A stretch of 55,630 bases of DNA from Candidatus Nomurabacteria bacterium (GCA_943356445.1 CALREZ010000002.1:54473-110102); one strand, 5' to 3'; positions 18,486 to 26,615 are shown, counted from the first letter of the stretch. A program made the numbers and translations. The notes: generated by a model not told the origin, from the letters alone.

Positions 18486-19337
18486 ATGCCAGCACAAGAA
18501 TTTTGGGTCATAAAAGCGAATGGAGAAAAAGAGATATTCAATCAGGTGAAACTTCGTGATTCTCTGAGAAGGAGCGGGGCGTGCGAGGATTCTATTAATG
18601 CTGTCGTTTCCAAGATTATGTCCGAAATACGGGACGGCATGTCTACCGGCCAGATCTATCGGCATGCGTTTGCTTTGCTGAAAAAACAGCATCGCGGAGT
18701 TGCCGCTCAATACAATCTTCGTCAGGCTGTCAGAGAAATGGGCCCGTCCGGTTTTCCTTTTGAACAGTATATTGGCGAGATACTTCGTTCAAAGGGGTAT
18801 GAGGTTCGCGTCGGGCTGATTGTTCAGGGCTGGTGCGTAGAACATGAAGTGGACGTATCGGCAAAAAAAGACGGAATGCATATTCTCATTGAATGCAAAT
18901 TCCATAACGAAGAAGGATTTAAAACGGATCTTCATGTTGCTTTGTACACCAGCGAGAGATTCAAAGATATTAAAAAGAAACACGACAGCCTAAAAGACGA
19001 AAGCGAGAAATTCCACGAAGGATGGCTGGTGACCAACACGAAGCTGACTTCAAAAGCAATCCAGTATTCAAATTGCGCGGGGCTTACCGTTATCGGCTGG
19101 AACTATCCGAAGAAAGGAAATTTGCAGGATCTTATCAATGAAACGAAATTATACCCGATAACCGTACTTACCACCCTTACCGGTTCCGATAAACGCCGGC
19201 TTATGGATAATAACGTCGTTCTTTTCCGCGAATTGTTCAGTCAAAGGAAAATGCTTCACGGTCTCGGTTTTGATGAAGCGAAAATTGATCGCGTACTGGC
19301 CGAAGCGAAAGCTCTGAACGAGATGAAATGGGGTTAG
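18486..19337 (+). CDS. ATP-cone domain fused to a restriction-endonuclease-fold (Mrr-like) domain
   Basis: N-terminal VIKANGEKEIFNQVKLRDSLRRSG..INAVVSKI..GMSTGQIY fits an ATP-cone. The central GFPFEQYIGEILRSKGY..EHEVDVSAKKDGMHILIECKFH fits a PD-(D/E)xK core (D..ExK). Confidence 0.7.
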   Translation: MPAQEFWVIKANGEKEIFNQVKLRDSLRRSGACEDSINAVVSKIMSEIRDGMSTGQIYRHAFALLKKQHRGVAAQYNLRQAVREMGPSGFPFEQYIGEILRSKGYEVRVGLIVQGWCVEHEVDVSAKKDGMHILIECKFHNEEGFKTDLHVALYTSERFKDIKKKHDSLKDESEKFHEGWLVTNTKLTSKAIQYSNCAGLTVIGWNYPKKGNLQDLINETKLYPITVLTTLTGSDKRRLMDNNVVLFRELFSQRKMLHGLGFDEAKIDRVLAEAKALNEMKWG

Positions 19338-19426
19338 TCGTGTTACTTGACAAGGTGTGCTTTTTTGACGTACTCTGAAAATAACAGTTCTTTGGCAAGG
19401 TCATGAATTCATGAAGGAGGTGATGT

Positions 19427-20338
19427 ATGTACGTCAGGGTCGTTGTTTTAATTTTTTTACTCTATGTCTCCGTGGTACTCCACGAGATAGCCCACTTAAT
19501 TTCGTTTCGGAATAAAGGTTTGAAGGTTCGGGAGTTTAGTATCGGTACGAAGAAAGGCCCGCGTCTTTCTTATACTCCCCAAACGGGAAAGTTTGCCGGT
19601 ATGCGTTTCTCGTTTTACCCGTGTACTTTTTTTCTTGGAGCATTTGTTGAAGTGGAAGACCGCGTACTAGATCTCCCGTATCAAGACCGAGCGCTCGTTT
19701 TTTGCGCCGGGCCGTTTGCCAATATCCATTTTGGCTGTTTCCTCTTTCTTCTGCTGTATTTTTCAACCATATTCAGAGATTTTGCTACGGCAGGATGGGG
19801 CCTTTCCGATTGGCTGCTCTTTCTGTGGTACTTCATTTCTTCCAGTCCATACCTTTGGATTTCTCTCTCTGTTCTCCCTGTGCTTTGGTTCGGAAGAAAA
19901 ATAGTAAGCGCTTATCTCGGCCCTATTCTCGGAATACTTCTCATTTCGCTACACTTTTTGAGTGTCTCCATGAACTTGAGTCCCGCTGAATACGTTTCTG
20001 AAATAACCGGGCCGATTGGTTTTGTCGCAGATCTGCCCAATATGGCTCCGGATATGTGGTCGGCGGTGGAATGGGCCGCTCAGCTTTCTCTTGGTCTGGC
20101 GGCAATAAACTTATTGCCGATTCCTCCATTTGACGGCGGTTACGTGGTGCTTCCCGTTATTAAGAAGATTTCTCCCGTTTTTGGCTCATGGTACCAAAAA
20201 ACCGGGTTTGCTTTTCTTGCGGGACTCATGATTTTCATATTCGCGAAAGATATTATCCATTATGCGGGATATTTGGGACTGTTTTTTGTCACTCTTATCT
20301 CGGTATTGGTATATCTCATTAATAAGAACAAGAAATAA
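19427..20338 (+). CDS. M50-family site-2 protease (RseP-like, no PDZ domain evident)
   Basis: HEIAHLISF (HExxH) in the first TM segment and NLLPIPPFDGGYV. AAGGAGG ribosome-binding site upstream. Confidence 0.75.
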   Translation: MYVRVVVLIFLLYVSVVLHEIAHLISFRNKGLKVREFSIGTKKGPRLSYTPQTGKFAGMRFSFYPCTFFLGAFVEVEDRVLDLPYQDRALVFCAGPFANIHFGCFLFLLLYFSTIFRDFATAGWGLSDWLLFLWYFISSSPYLWISLSVLPVLWFGRKIVSAYLGPILGILLISLHFLSVSMNLSPAEYVSEITGPIGFVADLPNMAPDMWSAVEWAAQLSLGLAAINLLPIPPFDGGYVVLPVIKKISPVFGSWYQKTGFAFLAGLMIFIFAKDIIHYAGYLGLFFVTLISVLVYLINKNKK

Positions 20339-20344
20339 CTCTTG

Positions 20345-20376
20345 ACCCGTCCGCTTTTTGCGGGCGGGTTTTTCTT
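20345..20376 (+). terminator. Intrinsic terminator
   Basis: acccgtccgc ttttt gcgggcgggt gives a stem with one G-U pair, followed by a T-rich run. Confidence 0.7.
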
Positions 20377-20408
20377 TTGTGTTTTTGACGTATATAATAG
20401 ACGGGATC

Positions 20409-21281
20409 ATGAAAATTTCCGTCAGAAAAATTCAGCTTGGGATTATCGTCTTTTTGGCGGTTGTTTCTGTTTTTGTGTGTATGGTTGCCGCCTCAAAAGA
20501 CCGCGGACACAATCTTCGCGTTACTTTTCTTGATGTCGGGCAAGGGGATGCGATTTTGATAGAAGCGCCGAACGGGAATCGGGTTTTGATAGATGGCGGA
20601 ACACCTTCGGGAAAAACACTTTCGGAACTGGGGAGTGTTTTGCCTTTTTACGATCGTTCTCTTGATGCGGTCATTGCCACTCATCCGGATCAGGATCATA
20701 TCGGCGGGCTTCCCGAAGTCTTAAAACGATATTCCGTTTCGGCTCTTTTTGAACCGGATCTGTACTCCGGGAACGGGTCGTATGAAGAAATGGAACGAAT
20801 GGGAGAAAAAGACGGAGCGCAGAAAATTGTGGCTCGCGCGGGAACGGTCGTTCATCTTGATAAAAATGCAACGCTTGAAATTTTGTATCCCGAAAAGAAG
20901 CTTCCGCCTGCGTCGGATACGAATGCTTCTTCTGTGGTCGCAAAGCTTACTTTTGGGAAGATATCTTTTCTTTTTACCGGAGATCTGCCGCAGGAACAGG
21001 AAAATTATCTGGTGGAAAAATATGGAGCCGAACTTGATTCAGACGTTTTGAAATTCGGACACCATGGTTCCAAAACTTCAACTTCTCCGGAATTTCTCGC
21101 TGATGTTAGTCCCAAGTATGGAGTGGTATCGGCTGGCGTGGATAATAAATACGGCCATCCGAATAAAGAGGTTTTGGATTTGGCGGAAAAAGATAAAGTT
21201 GAGGTTTTGAGGACGGATAAGCAAGGGAGAATAAGTTTCTTGACCGATGGAACAAGTATTTCTTATGGGGCAGAAAAATGA
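20409..21281 (+). CDS. ComEC-type metallo-beta-lactamase domain protein with N-terminal TM anchor
   Basis: DVGQGDAILIE, ATHPDQDHIGG and KFGHHGSKTS, as in the C-terminal nuclease-like domain of ComEC. The start is taken at MKISVRKIQLG, downstream of the terminator. Confidence 0.8.
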   Translation: MKISVRKIQLGIIVFLAVVSVFVCMVAASKDRGHNLRVTFLDVGQGDAILIEAPNGNRVLIDGGTPSGKTLSELGSVLPFYDRSLDAVIATHPDQDHIGGLPEVLKRYSVSALFEPDLYSGNGSYEEMERMGEKDGAQKIVARAGTVVHLDKNATLEILYPEKKLPPASDTNASSVVAKLTFGKISFLFTGDLPQEQENYLVEKYGAELDSDVLKFGHHGSKTSTSPEFLADVSPKYGVVSAGVDNKYGHPNKEVLDLAEKDKVEVLRTDKQGRISFLTDGTSISYGAEK

Positions 21282-21291
21282 CGGCTGTAAA

Positions 21292-21420
21292 AAGTACCAA
21301 ATTAAAAATTCCAAGTTCCAAATAAATTCCAATAATAAAACATAAAATTTAAAACGTTTGTAATTTAAAGATTGAAATTTGTGATTTATTTGGAACTTGT
21401 TATTTGTTATTTGGTGCTTA
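21292..21420. repeat. AT-rich palindromic element (better-preserved copy of the 10161-10287 family)
   Basis: Perfect 15-bp arms caagttccaaataaa (21312-21326) / tttatttggaacttg (21385-21399). Outer arms aagtaccaaat / atttggtgctt (one mismatch). Confidence 0.7.
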
Positions 21421-21426
21421 TCACCC

Positions 21427-21461
21427 AAACAAAAAGTCCGCAATCTGCGGACTTTTTGTTT
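21427..21461. terminator. Bidirectional terminator between the ComEC-MBL gene and rpmB
   Basis: aaacaaaaagtccgca atc tgcggactttttgttt gives a 16-bp stem. Confidence 0.8.
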
Positions 21462-21663
21462 ATTTCTTCAATTTAAGATGCAGCCCTGCTTTTTTACAGC
21501 TGGTGCAGATCTTTACTCTTCCTCCTTCCGGAAGGGTTGCCCACTGGAGATTGGGGTATTTTCTGGTTTTTCCTGTCGGATTGAATTTTGTGGCGCGAAC
21601 ACGGTTGGAGTATTTTCCAGCCATGAGGGACGATTTATCACAAATTAAACATGCTTTTGCCAT
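21460..21663 (-). CDS. rpmB: 50S ribosomal protein L28
   Basis: MAKACLICDKSSLMAGKYSNRVRATKFNPTGKTRKYPNLQ is a typical L28. 67 aa. Confidence 0.9.
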   Translation of the reverse strand: MAKACLICDKSSLMAGKYSNRVRATKFNPTGKTRKYPNLQWATLPEGGRVKICTSCKKAGLHLKLKK

Positions 21664-21720
21664 ATACGTATTTTTTTGCTTTTTATTTCAGTCCCCATAT
21701 GCTATCATAAATTTCATATT

Positions 21721-22344
21721 ATGCAAGAGATACACTTCATTTTCTTTATCGCCGTCCTTATCTTCTCGGTCGTGATACACGAGGTATCGCACGGTTTTAT
21801 GGCGAATATACTGGGCGATCACACCGCCAAGCGGATGGGGAGGCTTACCTTAAACCCCATAAAACACCTCGATCCGGTGGGCTCCGTCCTTGTTCCCATT
21901 CTGACGTATTTCGCTTCCAACGGAGCCTTGCCTTTCGGCTGGGCAAAACCGGTTCCCTACAATCCATATAATTTAAGGGATCAACGATGGGGTGAGGCGA
22001 AGGTTGCGGCAGCCGGGCCTTTGTCCAATATATTGCTTGCGGTCTTTTTTGGCATAATTATTCGTTTGGCAGCAAGCGGAACTATTATCCTCGGTTCCGC
22101 ACCCATGGAAATCCTCTTTACTATTGTTACGGTTAATCTTTCTCTTGCCGTAGTCAACCTGCTTCCCATTTTTCCTCTGGACGGTTCCCGCGTTTTTTTC
22201 GCCTTTTTTCCGTATCACATGCGGTATGTGGAGGAATTCATGGAACGATATTGGCTTATTTTTATAGCTTTTTTCCTTCTTTTTATGGGGGATGTTATCT
22301 CGTACCTCATTTCATTCTTCCTTCGCCTTATCACCGGAATGTAA
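21721..22344 (+). CDS. M50-family site-2 protease (small, SpoIVFB-like core)
   Basis: HEVSHGFMA (HExxH) and NLLPIFPLDGSRV. The start is taken at MQEIHFIFF. Confidence 0.75.
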   Translation: MQEIHFIFFIAVLIFSVVIHEVSHGFMANILGDHTAKRMGRLTLNPIKHLDPVGSVLVPILTYFASNGALPFGWAKPVPYNPYNLRDQRWGEAKVAAAGPLSNILLAVFFGIIIRLAASGTIILGSAPMEILFTIVTVNLSLAVVNLLPIFPLDGSRVFFAFFPYHMRYVEEFMERYWLIFIAFFLLFMGDVISYLISFFLRLITGM

Positions 22345-22361
22345 GATTCTTCGCTTACCCC

Positions 22362-22390
22362 TTGCATTTTTGCCCGCAATATATTACGAT
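22362..22390 (+). promoter_or_regulatory. Candidate sigma70-type promoter of rpsL-rpsG
   Basis: TTGCAT, 17 nt, TACGAT. The -10 box ends only 11 nt before the rpsL ATG, and no Shine-Dalgarno sequence is present. Confidence 0.35.
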
Positions 22391-22401
22391 ACACCCTACA
22401 T

Positions 22402-22851
22402 ATGCCAACAATAAGACAGTTAGTTAAAAAAGGAAGAATTTCTTCTTCAAAGAAGGTTAAGACGGTTGCTCTCGGGCGAAGTTTCAATACCCTCAAAAAC
22501 AAGCCGACATTTTCACCGTCGCCTTTTAAACGAGGAGTTTGCATCAGGGTTTCCACCACGACCCCGAAAAAACCGAACTCCGCTTTGCGAAAAATCGCCA
22601 GAGTTCGCTTGACTAATGGTCAGGAAGTCACCGCCTACATTCCCGGAATGAAGCATAATCTTCAGGAACACTCCGTCGTTATGCTCCGCGGCGGACGCGT
22701 GAAAGACTTGACCGGAGTTCGTTATACTATTGTCAGAGGTGTTTTGGATGCTTCCGGAGTTGAGAACAGACGAAAAGGAAGAAGCCTCTATGGCGCAAAA
22801 ACGCCGAAAGGACCGGCCGTTAAACCTAAAGGTAAAGGTAAGAAAAAATAA
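22402..22851 (+). CDS. rpsL: 30S ribosomal protein S12
   Basis: [22 protein letters not shown] and GVRYTIVRG. 149 aa with a short Lys-rich C-terminal tail. Confidence 0.95.
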   Translation: MPTIRQLVKKGRISSSKKVKTVALGRSFNTLKNKPTFSPSPFKRGVCIRVSTTTPKKPNSALRKIARVRLTNGQEVTAYIPGMKHNLQEHSVVMLRGGRVKDLTGVRYTIVRGVLDASGVENRRKGRSLYGAKTPKGPAVKPKGKGKKK

Positions 22852-22857
22852 TCCATC

Positions 22858-23328
22858 ATGCGAAGAAAACTCAAACACAAAAGACTGGTAAAGCCCGATA
22901 CCACCTACAAATCGGTAAGACTTGAAAAATTCGTCAACTACTTGATGTATGACGGAAAGAAAGAAACGGCCCGAAAAGTCGTTAATGATGCCATGCTTAC
23001 CATAAAGGAGAAGGCAAAAACCGAAGATCCTTTGGAGGTCTTTGAAACCGCCATGAAGAACGCCGGCCCGGTCATGGAAGTCCGTTCACGCCGTATCGGA
23101 GGAGCCAACTACCAAGTACCGAGAGAAGTTCGCGCGGAACGCCGTTTGTCGCTCGCCATGCGCTGGATTCTCGGAGCCGCTCGCGCCAAAAAAGGTTCAC
23201 CGATGGCTAACCGCCTCGCCGATGAACTGATCAGCGCCAGCAAAAACGAAGGAGAAGCCATCAAAAAGAGAGACAACACCCACAAAATGGCAGAATCCAA
23301 TAAAGCGTTCGCTCACTTCAGCTGGTAA
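22858..23328 (+). CDS. rpsG: 30S ribosomal protein S7
   Basis: DGKKETARKV, VEVRSRRIGGANYQVP and KAFAHFSW C-terminus. 156 aa. Confidence 0.95.
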   Translation: MRRKLKHKRLVKPDTTYKSVRLEKFVNYLMYDGKKETARKVVNDAMLTIKEKAKTEDPLEVFETAMKNAGPVMEVRSRRIGGANYQVPREVRAERRLSLAMRWILGAARAKKGSPMANRLADELISASKNEGEAIKKRDNTHKMAESNKAFAHFSW

Positions 23329-23341
23329 AACAATATCTTTT

Positions 23342-23367
23342 AAAAAAGCGCCGAAGGCGCTTTTTTT
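23342..23367 (+). terminator. Intrinsic terminator after rpsG
   Basis: aaaaaagcgcc gaa ggcgcttttttt. Confidence 0.75.
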
Positions 23368-23401
23368 ATAAAAAAAGTCGGCATCTATAATGATACCGAC
23401 T

Positions 23402-23899
23402 TTACACTCTCGTTGCTGTAAAATTGTTATAAGAGAATCGCAATAGCAACCATCGCATTAAACAGATAATGGGAACAACTAATGCTTTTCCGTAATGCTC
23501 CTGTAATCCGCCGCATTTTAGTAGTAGAAGCGAGTAGAGAAATCCCGCTGTCCCTTGAAAGAAAATGTTATAGACATTGCCGTGTAAGTACCCGAATGCT
23601 ACTGAACTTATCAATGCAACCATAAGAATTTTCGGAGTTGATAATTCGAGTTTTTTTGCACAAAAGATGGGCCCAAGTCGAAATGTCGCTTCTTCCATTA
23701 ATACTGGCACAATCATCATGTAAAATATGTCGGGAGTAGTGTCCGTCATGGTGTTTTTAGACATTGACGATAGGTCTATTGCCAATAATTCCGCGATTTT
23801 TAAACCGCTCGTTTGTAAAACAAGGTTGAGAATGGCAAAACCGATGATATAGTACACAACTTGCTTACCGCAAGCTTCTTTCCCAAGCCACTGAAGCAT
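23402..23899 (-). CDS. Small CPBP-family (CAAX protease / Abi-like) intramembrane protein, copy A
   Basis: 165 aa, about 4 TM segments. Motif 1 EEATFR and motif 2 FGYLHG are present; the third His motif is not evident. Paralogue of 25273-25764 (shared LLLKCGG). AGGAGG ribosome-binding site. Confidence 0.7.
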   Translation of the reverse strand: MLQWLGKEACGKQVVYYIIGFAILNLVLQTSGLKIAELLAIDLSSMSKNTMTDTTPDIFYMMIVPVLMEEATFRLGPIFCAKKLELSTPKILMVALISSVAFGYLHGNVYNIFFQGTAGFLYSLLLLKCGGLQEHYGKALVVPIICLMRWLLLRFSYNNFTATRV

Positions 23900-23955
23900 G
23901 AGAACCTCCTTTCTGAAAAATGAATATGAATGGTACGATTTTTAAAACCGTTGTT

Positions 23956-23985
23956 ATTATAACACTTTTATTTAGTGTATGTCAA
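23956..23985 (-). promoter_or_regulatory. Promoter of CPBP copy A
   Basis: On the minus strand: TTGACA, 18 nt, TATAAT, preceded by TGT (extended -10). The 13-mer aaagtgttataat is identical upstream of copy B. Confidence 0.55.
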
Positions 23986-24111
23986 ATATAAAAATTCGTG
24001 ATTTTTTACGTTTTGGCTGTTTTTATCCACAAAAAAATTGTGGTAAGAAACGGCGAATGATATTATGGATAGTGAAACTCTGCTAGTTCTGCCGGTATTT
24101 TAATCATTTAT

Positions 24112-25215
24112 TTGCAAAACATTCTTATGGAAATATCTAAATTCAGAATACTTGTTCATGCCGGCGCCTTTCTTATCGGTATTTTATCGTTTTCTGTGTT
24201 TGTCTTTCTTCAGTCTTCTCATAATTCTTCTCAGGAAAAATCGTTCAGCCTTGTGTCTCCGCAGGATTCGCTTGCTCTTGCTCCTTTCTCGGTCATAAAA
24301 CCGGAGATAATCGCCAATCCGGTAAGTTTGGGTAAACCGGAGACAAACAAAATTTCCGATACGGAACAAAAAACCGAAAAAAATAAAATCGCTTTTCTTA
24401 AACAAGAACAAACTCCTCCTCCGGAAACCCCTGTCGTCTCAGCGAGCCTTTCTAAAACTTCTGTTGATTTTGGACAAAGTTCCGTGCTTTCTTGGACGAC
24501 AAAAAATGCCACCGAATGTTTTCTTTCTGACGGAATGAATAAAAAAAAGATTGCTTTGAATGGAACTGAAACAGTCACTTCTGCGTCCTCAACGACCTAT
24601 ACGCTTACATGTTTAAATAATCAAACAGAAGGAAAAGATGGGCCAATAACAGAGAAGAGTGTTACTTTAACCGTGAACACTCCCAAAACCCCCGTTTTAT
24701 CGGTGAGGCTTTCCCGATCTTCTATTTTTTTAGGACAAAGTTCTACCCTTTCTTGGACGACAAAAAATGCCACCAGTTGTCTTCTTGTTTTAGGAACGGA
24801 GCAGAAAAACGTTGCTTTAAAAGGAACCGAAACGGTAAGTCCGACATCATCAACGACCTATACGCTGCGATGTTCCAATGAACAAAGGGGCGGGAAAGAC
24901 GGGCCAATGGCAGAAAAAAGCATTACTCTGAACATTAATTCTCCTCAAACTCCGGTTATAAACTTGCATCTTTCTAAAACTTCCATTTCTTCCGGTCAGG
25001 TCGTCGTCGTGTCATGGACAGCCACAAACGCAAACCATTGCTACCTCTCTAGCGGGAGCAGTATGGAAGAAGTCCGCGCAAATGATCGTCGTACTCTTAG
25101 TCCCGTGTCGTCAACAAAATATACTTTGCGATGTTTAAATCAACCGGGAGATGGAAAAGAAGTGGTAAGCGCCGAAAAAAGCGTTGATCTGACGGTTACC
25201 GGTTCCGGTCATTAA
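24112..25215 (+). CDS. Membrane-anchored/secreted protein with three tandem 87-aa Ig-like repeats
   Basis: N-terminal hydrophobic segment AGAFLIGILSFSVFVFL and a low-complexity linker. Three repeats follow, each with SWTT(K/A)NA..C .. TYTL(T/R)C .. GKDGP..EKS(V/I)TL. The ORF-track start is TTG at 24112; ATG at 24127 (MEISK) is equally possible. Confidence 0.7.
   Translation: MQNILMEISKFRILVHAGAFLIGILSFSVFVFLQSSHNSSQEKSFSLVSPQDSLALAPFSVIKPEIIANPVSLGKPETNKISDTEQKTEKNKIAFLKQEQTPPPETPVVSASLSKTSVDFGQSSVLSWTTKNATECFLSDGMNKKKIALNGTETVTSASSTTYTLTCLNNQTEGKDGPITEKSVTLTVNTPKTPVLSVRLSRSSIFLGQSSTLSWTTKNATSCLLVLGTEQKNVALKGTETVSPTSSTTYTLRCSNEQRGGKDGPMAEKSITLNINSPQTPVINLHLSKTSISSGQVVVVSWTATNANHCYLSSGSSMEEVRANDRRTLSPVSSTKYTLRCLNQPGDGKEVVSAEKSVDLTVTGSGH
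24427..25209 (+). repeat. Three in-frame tandem coding repeats of 261 nt
   Basis: Units start near 24427, 24688 and 24949. Units 1 and 2 share long identical runs (for example ctttcttggacgacaaaaaatgccacc). Confidence 0.85.
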
Positions 25216-25226
25216 AATTTATTTTC

Positions 25227-25258
25227 AAAAAAAACACCCGGCAACGGGTGTTTTTAAT
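25227..25258. terminator. Bidirectional terminator
   Basis: aaaacacccg gcaa cgggtgtttt flanked by an A-run and a T-run, between convergent genes. Confidence 0.8.
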
Positions 25259-25272
25259 AAAACTCTCATGGA

Positions 25273-25764
25273 TTATGAAAGAACAACGGCAAAACGTACC
25301 GCATCATACAGAAGATGCGAAACAATCGGCGCTAAACAAGCGGGTAAAAAGTTTGATTTTATTCCTCCACACTTCAGGAATAAAAGGCAAAAAACCATGC
25401 TGCCCACTCCGGGGAAGAGGATCTTTATCAGTACCCAGCCGTGAATATATCCGAACACCACGGAGTTTATCGCTGAAAATGCGAGCAATCCTTTTATGGT
25501 GAATTTATTTTTTACCGCCAACCAAAGTGGTATGATGCGAAAGATTGTTTCTTCTACCAGGATGGTAAAAATAACAAGGAATGGCGAGCTGTTCGCCATT
25601 TTTTCGGTACTATCGGGGATAGATGAAATATCTACGCCGATAATGGTAAGTAAAGTAAGCAGGAAAGGAGTCCATATAAGGAGAAAGGCTGTTGCTCCCG
25701 CCGTATAATAGAGTGCCGTTTTACCGGTCGCTTCTTCTTCCAACCAACCTAATATCTGTGCCAT
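25273..25764 (-). CDS. Small CPBP-family (CAAX protease / Abi-like) intramembrane protein, copy B
   Basis: 163 aa. Motifs EETIFR, FGYIHG and SHLLYD (HxxxD). Confidence 0.7.
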   Translation of the reverse strand: MAQILGWLEEEATGKTALYYTAGATAFLLIWTPFLLTLLTIIGVDISSIPDSTEKMANSSPFLVIFTILVEETIFRIIPLWLAVKNKFTIKGLLAFSAINSVVFGYIHGWVLIKILFPGVGSMVFCLLFLKCGGIKSNFLPACLAPIVSHLLYDAVRFAVVLS

Positions 25765-25824
25765 GAAAAACCTCTTTTTGAATATGTTACTGTGAATGTA
25801 CGATATAAGCCTAAGCCGTGTAAG

Positions 25825-25853
25825 ATTATAACACTTTAAGACTTATACGTCAA
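25825..25853 (-). promoter_or_regulatory. Promoter of CPBP copy B
   Basis: On the minus strand: TTGACG, 17 nt, TATAAT with an upstream TGT. Same architecture as copy A. Confidence 0.55.
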
Positions 25854-25902
25854 CAAATTTTTGGAATGGTCAGAGAAAAGAAGCTTTAATCATAATGGGT
25901 TA

Positions 25903-25931
25903 TTGACAATACTGCGCGGTCTTGCTAGTAT
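25903..25931 (+). promoter_or_regulatory. Candidate promoter of the rpsN-to-secY operon
   Basis: TTGACA, 17 nt, TAGTAT, about 105 nt upstream of the rpsN ATG. Confidence 0.5.
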
Positions 25932-26036
25932 GGAAACACTCGCATTTTTAGGAAGATGCTTTCTTGAAAGTACGGGAAAAGCAGGGTTTAAGACCCTCAT
26001 TTTTTAGACACCTATTATTTATACATTAAGAGCACT

Positions 26037-26222
26037 ATGGCAAAGACTTCAGTAGTAGCAAGATCGCTTAAAAAACCGAAATTCTCAACACGCATCTCTA
26101 ACCGATGTTTTCGTTGCGGAAGAAAGCACGCTTTTATGCGCGATTTTGGAATTTGCCGTATTTGTTTCCGAGAGCTTGCCAATGAAGGCAAAGTCCCCGG
26201 AGTAAGAAAATCATCATGGTAA
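26037..26222 (+). CDS. rpsN: 30S ribosomal protein S14 (short zinc-binding type Z)
   Basis: 61 aa. [23 protein letters not shown] carries two CxxC pairs. C-terminal KSSW. Confidence 0.9.
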   Translation: MAKTSVVARSLKKPKFSTRISNRCFRCGRKHAFMRDFGICRICFRELANEGKVPGVRKSSW

Positions 26223-26611
26223 CAGACCCTATAGGAGACATGCTTGCCCAGATAAGGAATGCCGGAGCCGTACATAAAAGTACGCTCGTATTGCCTTATT
26301 CAAAACTTCGCTACGCCGTGGCAACCGCGCTTGTTAAGTACGGTTACATTGAGTCCGTTGCGAAAAAGGGAAAGAAAGTCGTTAAAACAATGGAAATCGG
26401 GCTTTTGTATACAACCGAAGGAAAGCATCGCATCAGTGGAGCGGAACGCCTCTCAAAGCCTTCTCGCAGAATGTATTTTGCCACAACAGACATTAAACCG
26501 ATACGCCACGGATATGGAACTCTCGTTCTCTCCACTCCGATGGGAATTCTTTCAGGAAATGAAGCGAGAAAAAACAAGGTCGGCGGAGAAGCACTATTTA
26601 AGATTTGGTAA
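26216..26611 (+). CDS. rpsH: 30S ribosomal protein S8
   Basis: [17 protein letters not shown]-terminus and [10 protein letters not shown]-terminus. The start overlaps the rpsN stop (ATGGTAA). Confidence 0.93.
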   Translation: MVTDPIGDMLAQIRNAGAVHKSTLVLPYSKLRYAVATALVKYGYIESVAKKGKKVVKTMEIGLLYTTEGKHRISGAERLSKPSRRMYFATTDIKPIRHGYGTLVLSTPMGILSGNEARKNKVGGEALFKIW

Positions 26612-26615
26612 ATAT

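Noticed and set aside
25932-26036. Possible S8-type autoregulatory leader or attenuator upstream of rpsN (small hairpin agggt ttaag accct followed by a T-run)
   Set aside because: The stem is only 5 bp, and I cannot show similarity to a known S8 binding site. The evidence is too weak to annotate.
26259-26615. N-terminal extension of the rplF reading frame overlapping rpsH (ORF track 26259-27149)
   Set aside because: The extension is out of frame with the well-conserved S8 and has no L6 similarity. The canonical L6 N-terminus MSRIGKNPI starts at 26616, just after the rpsH stop.
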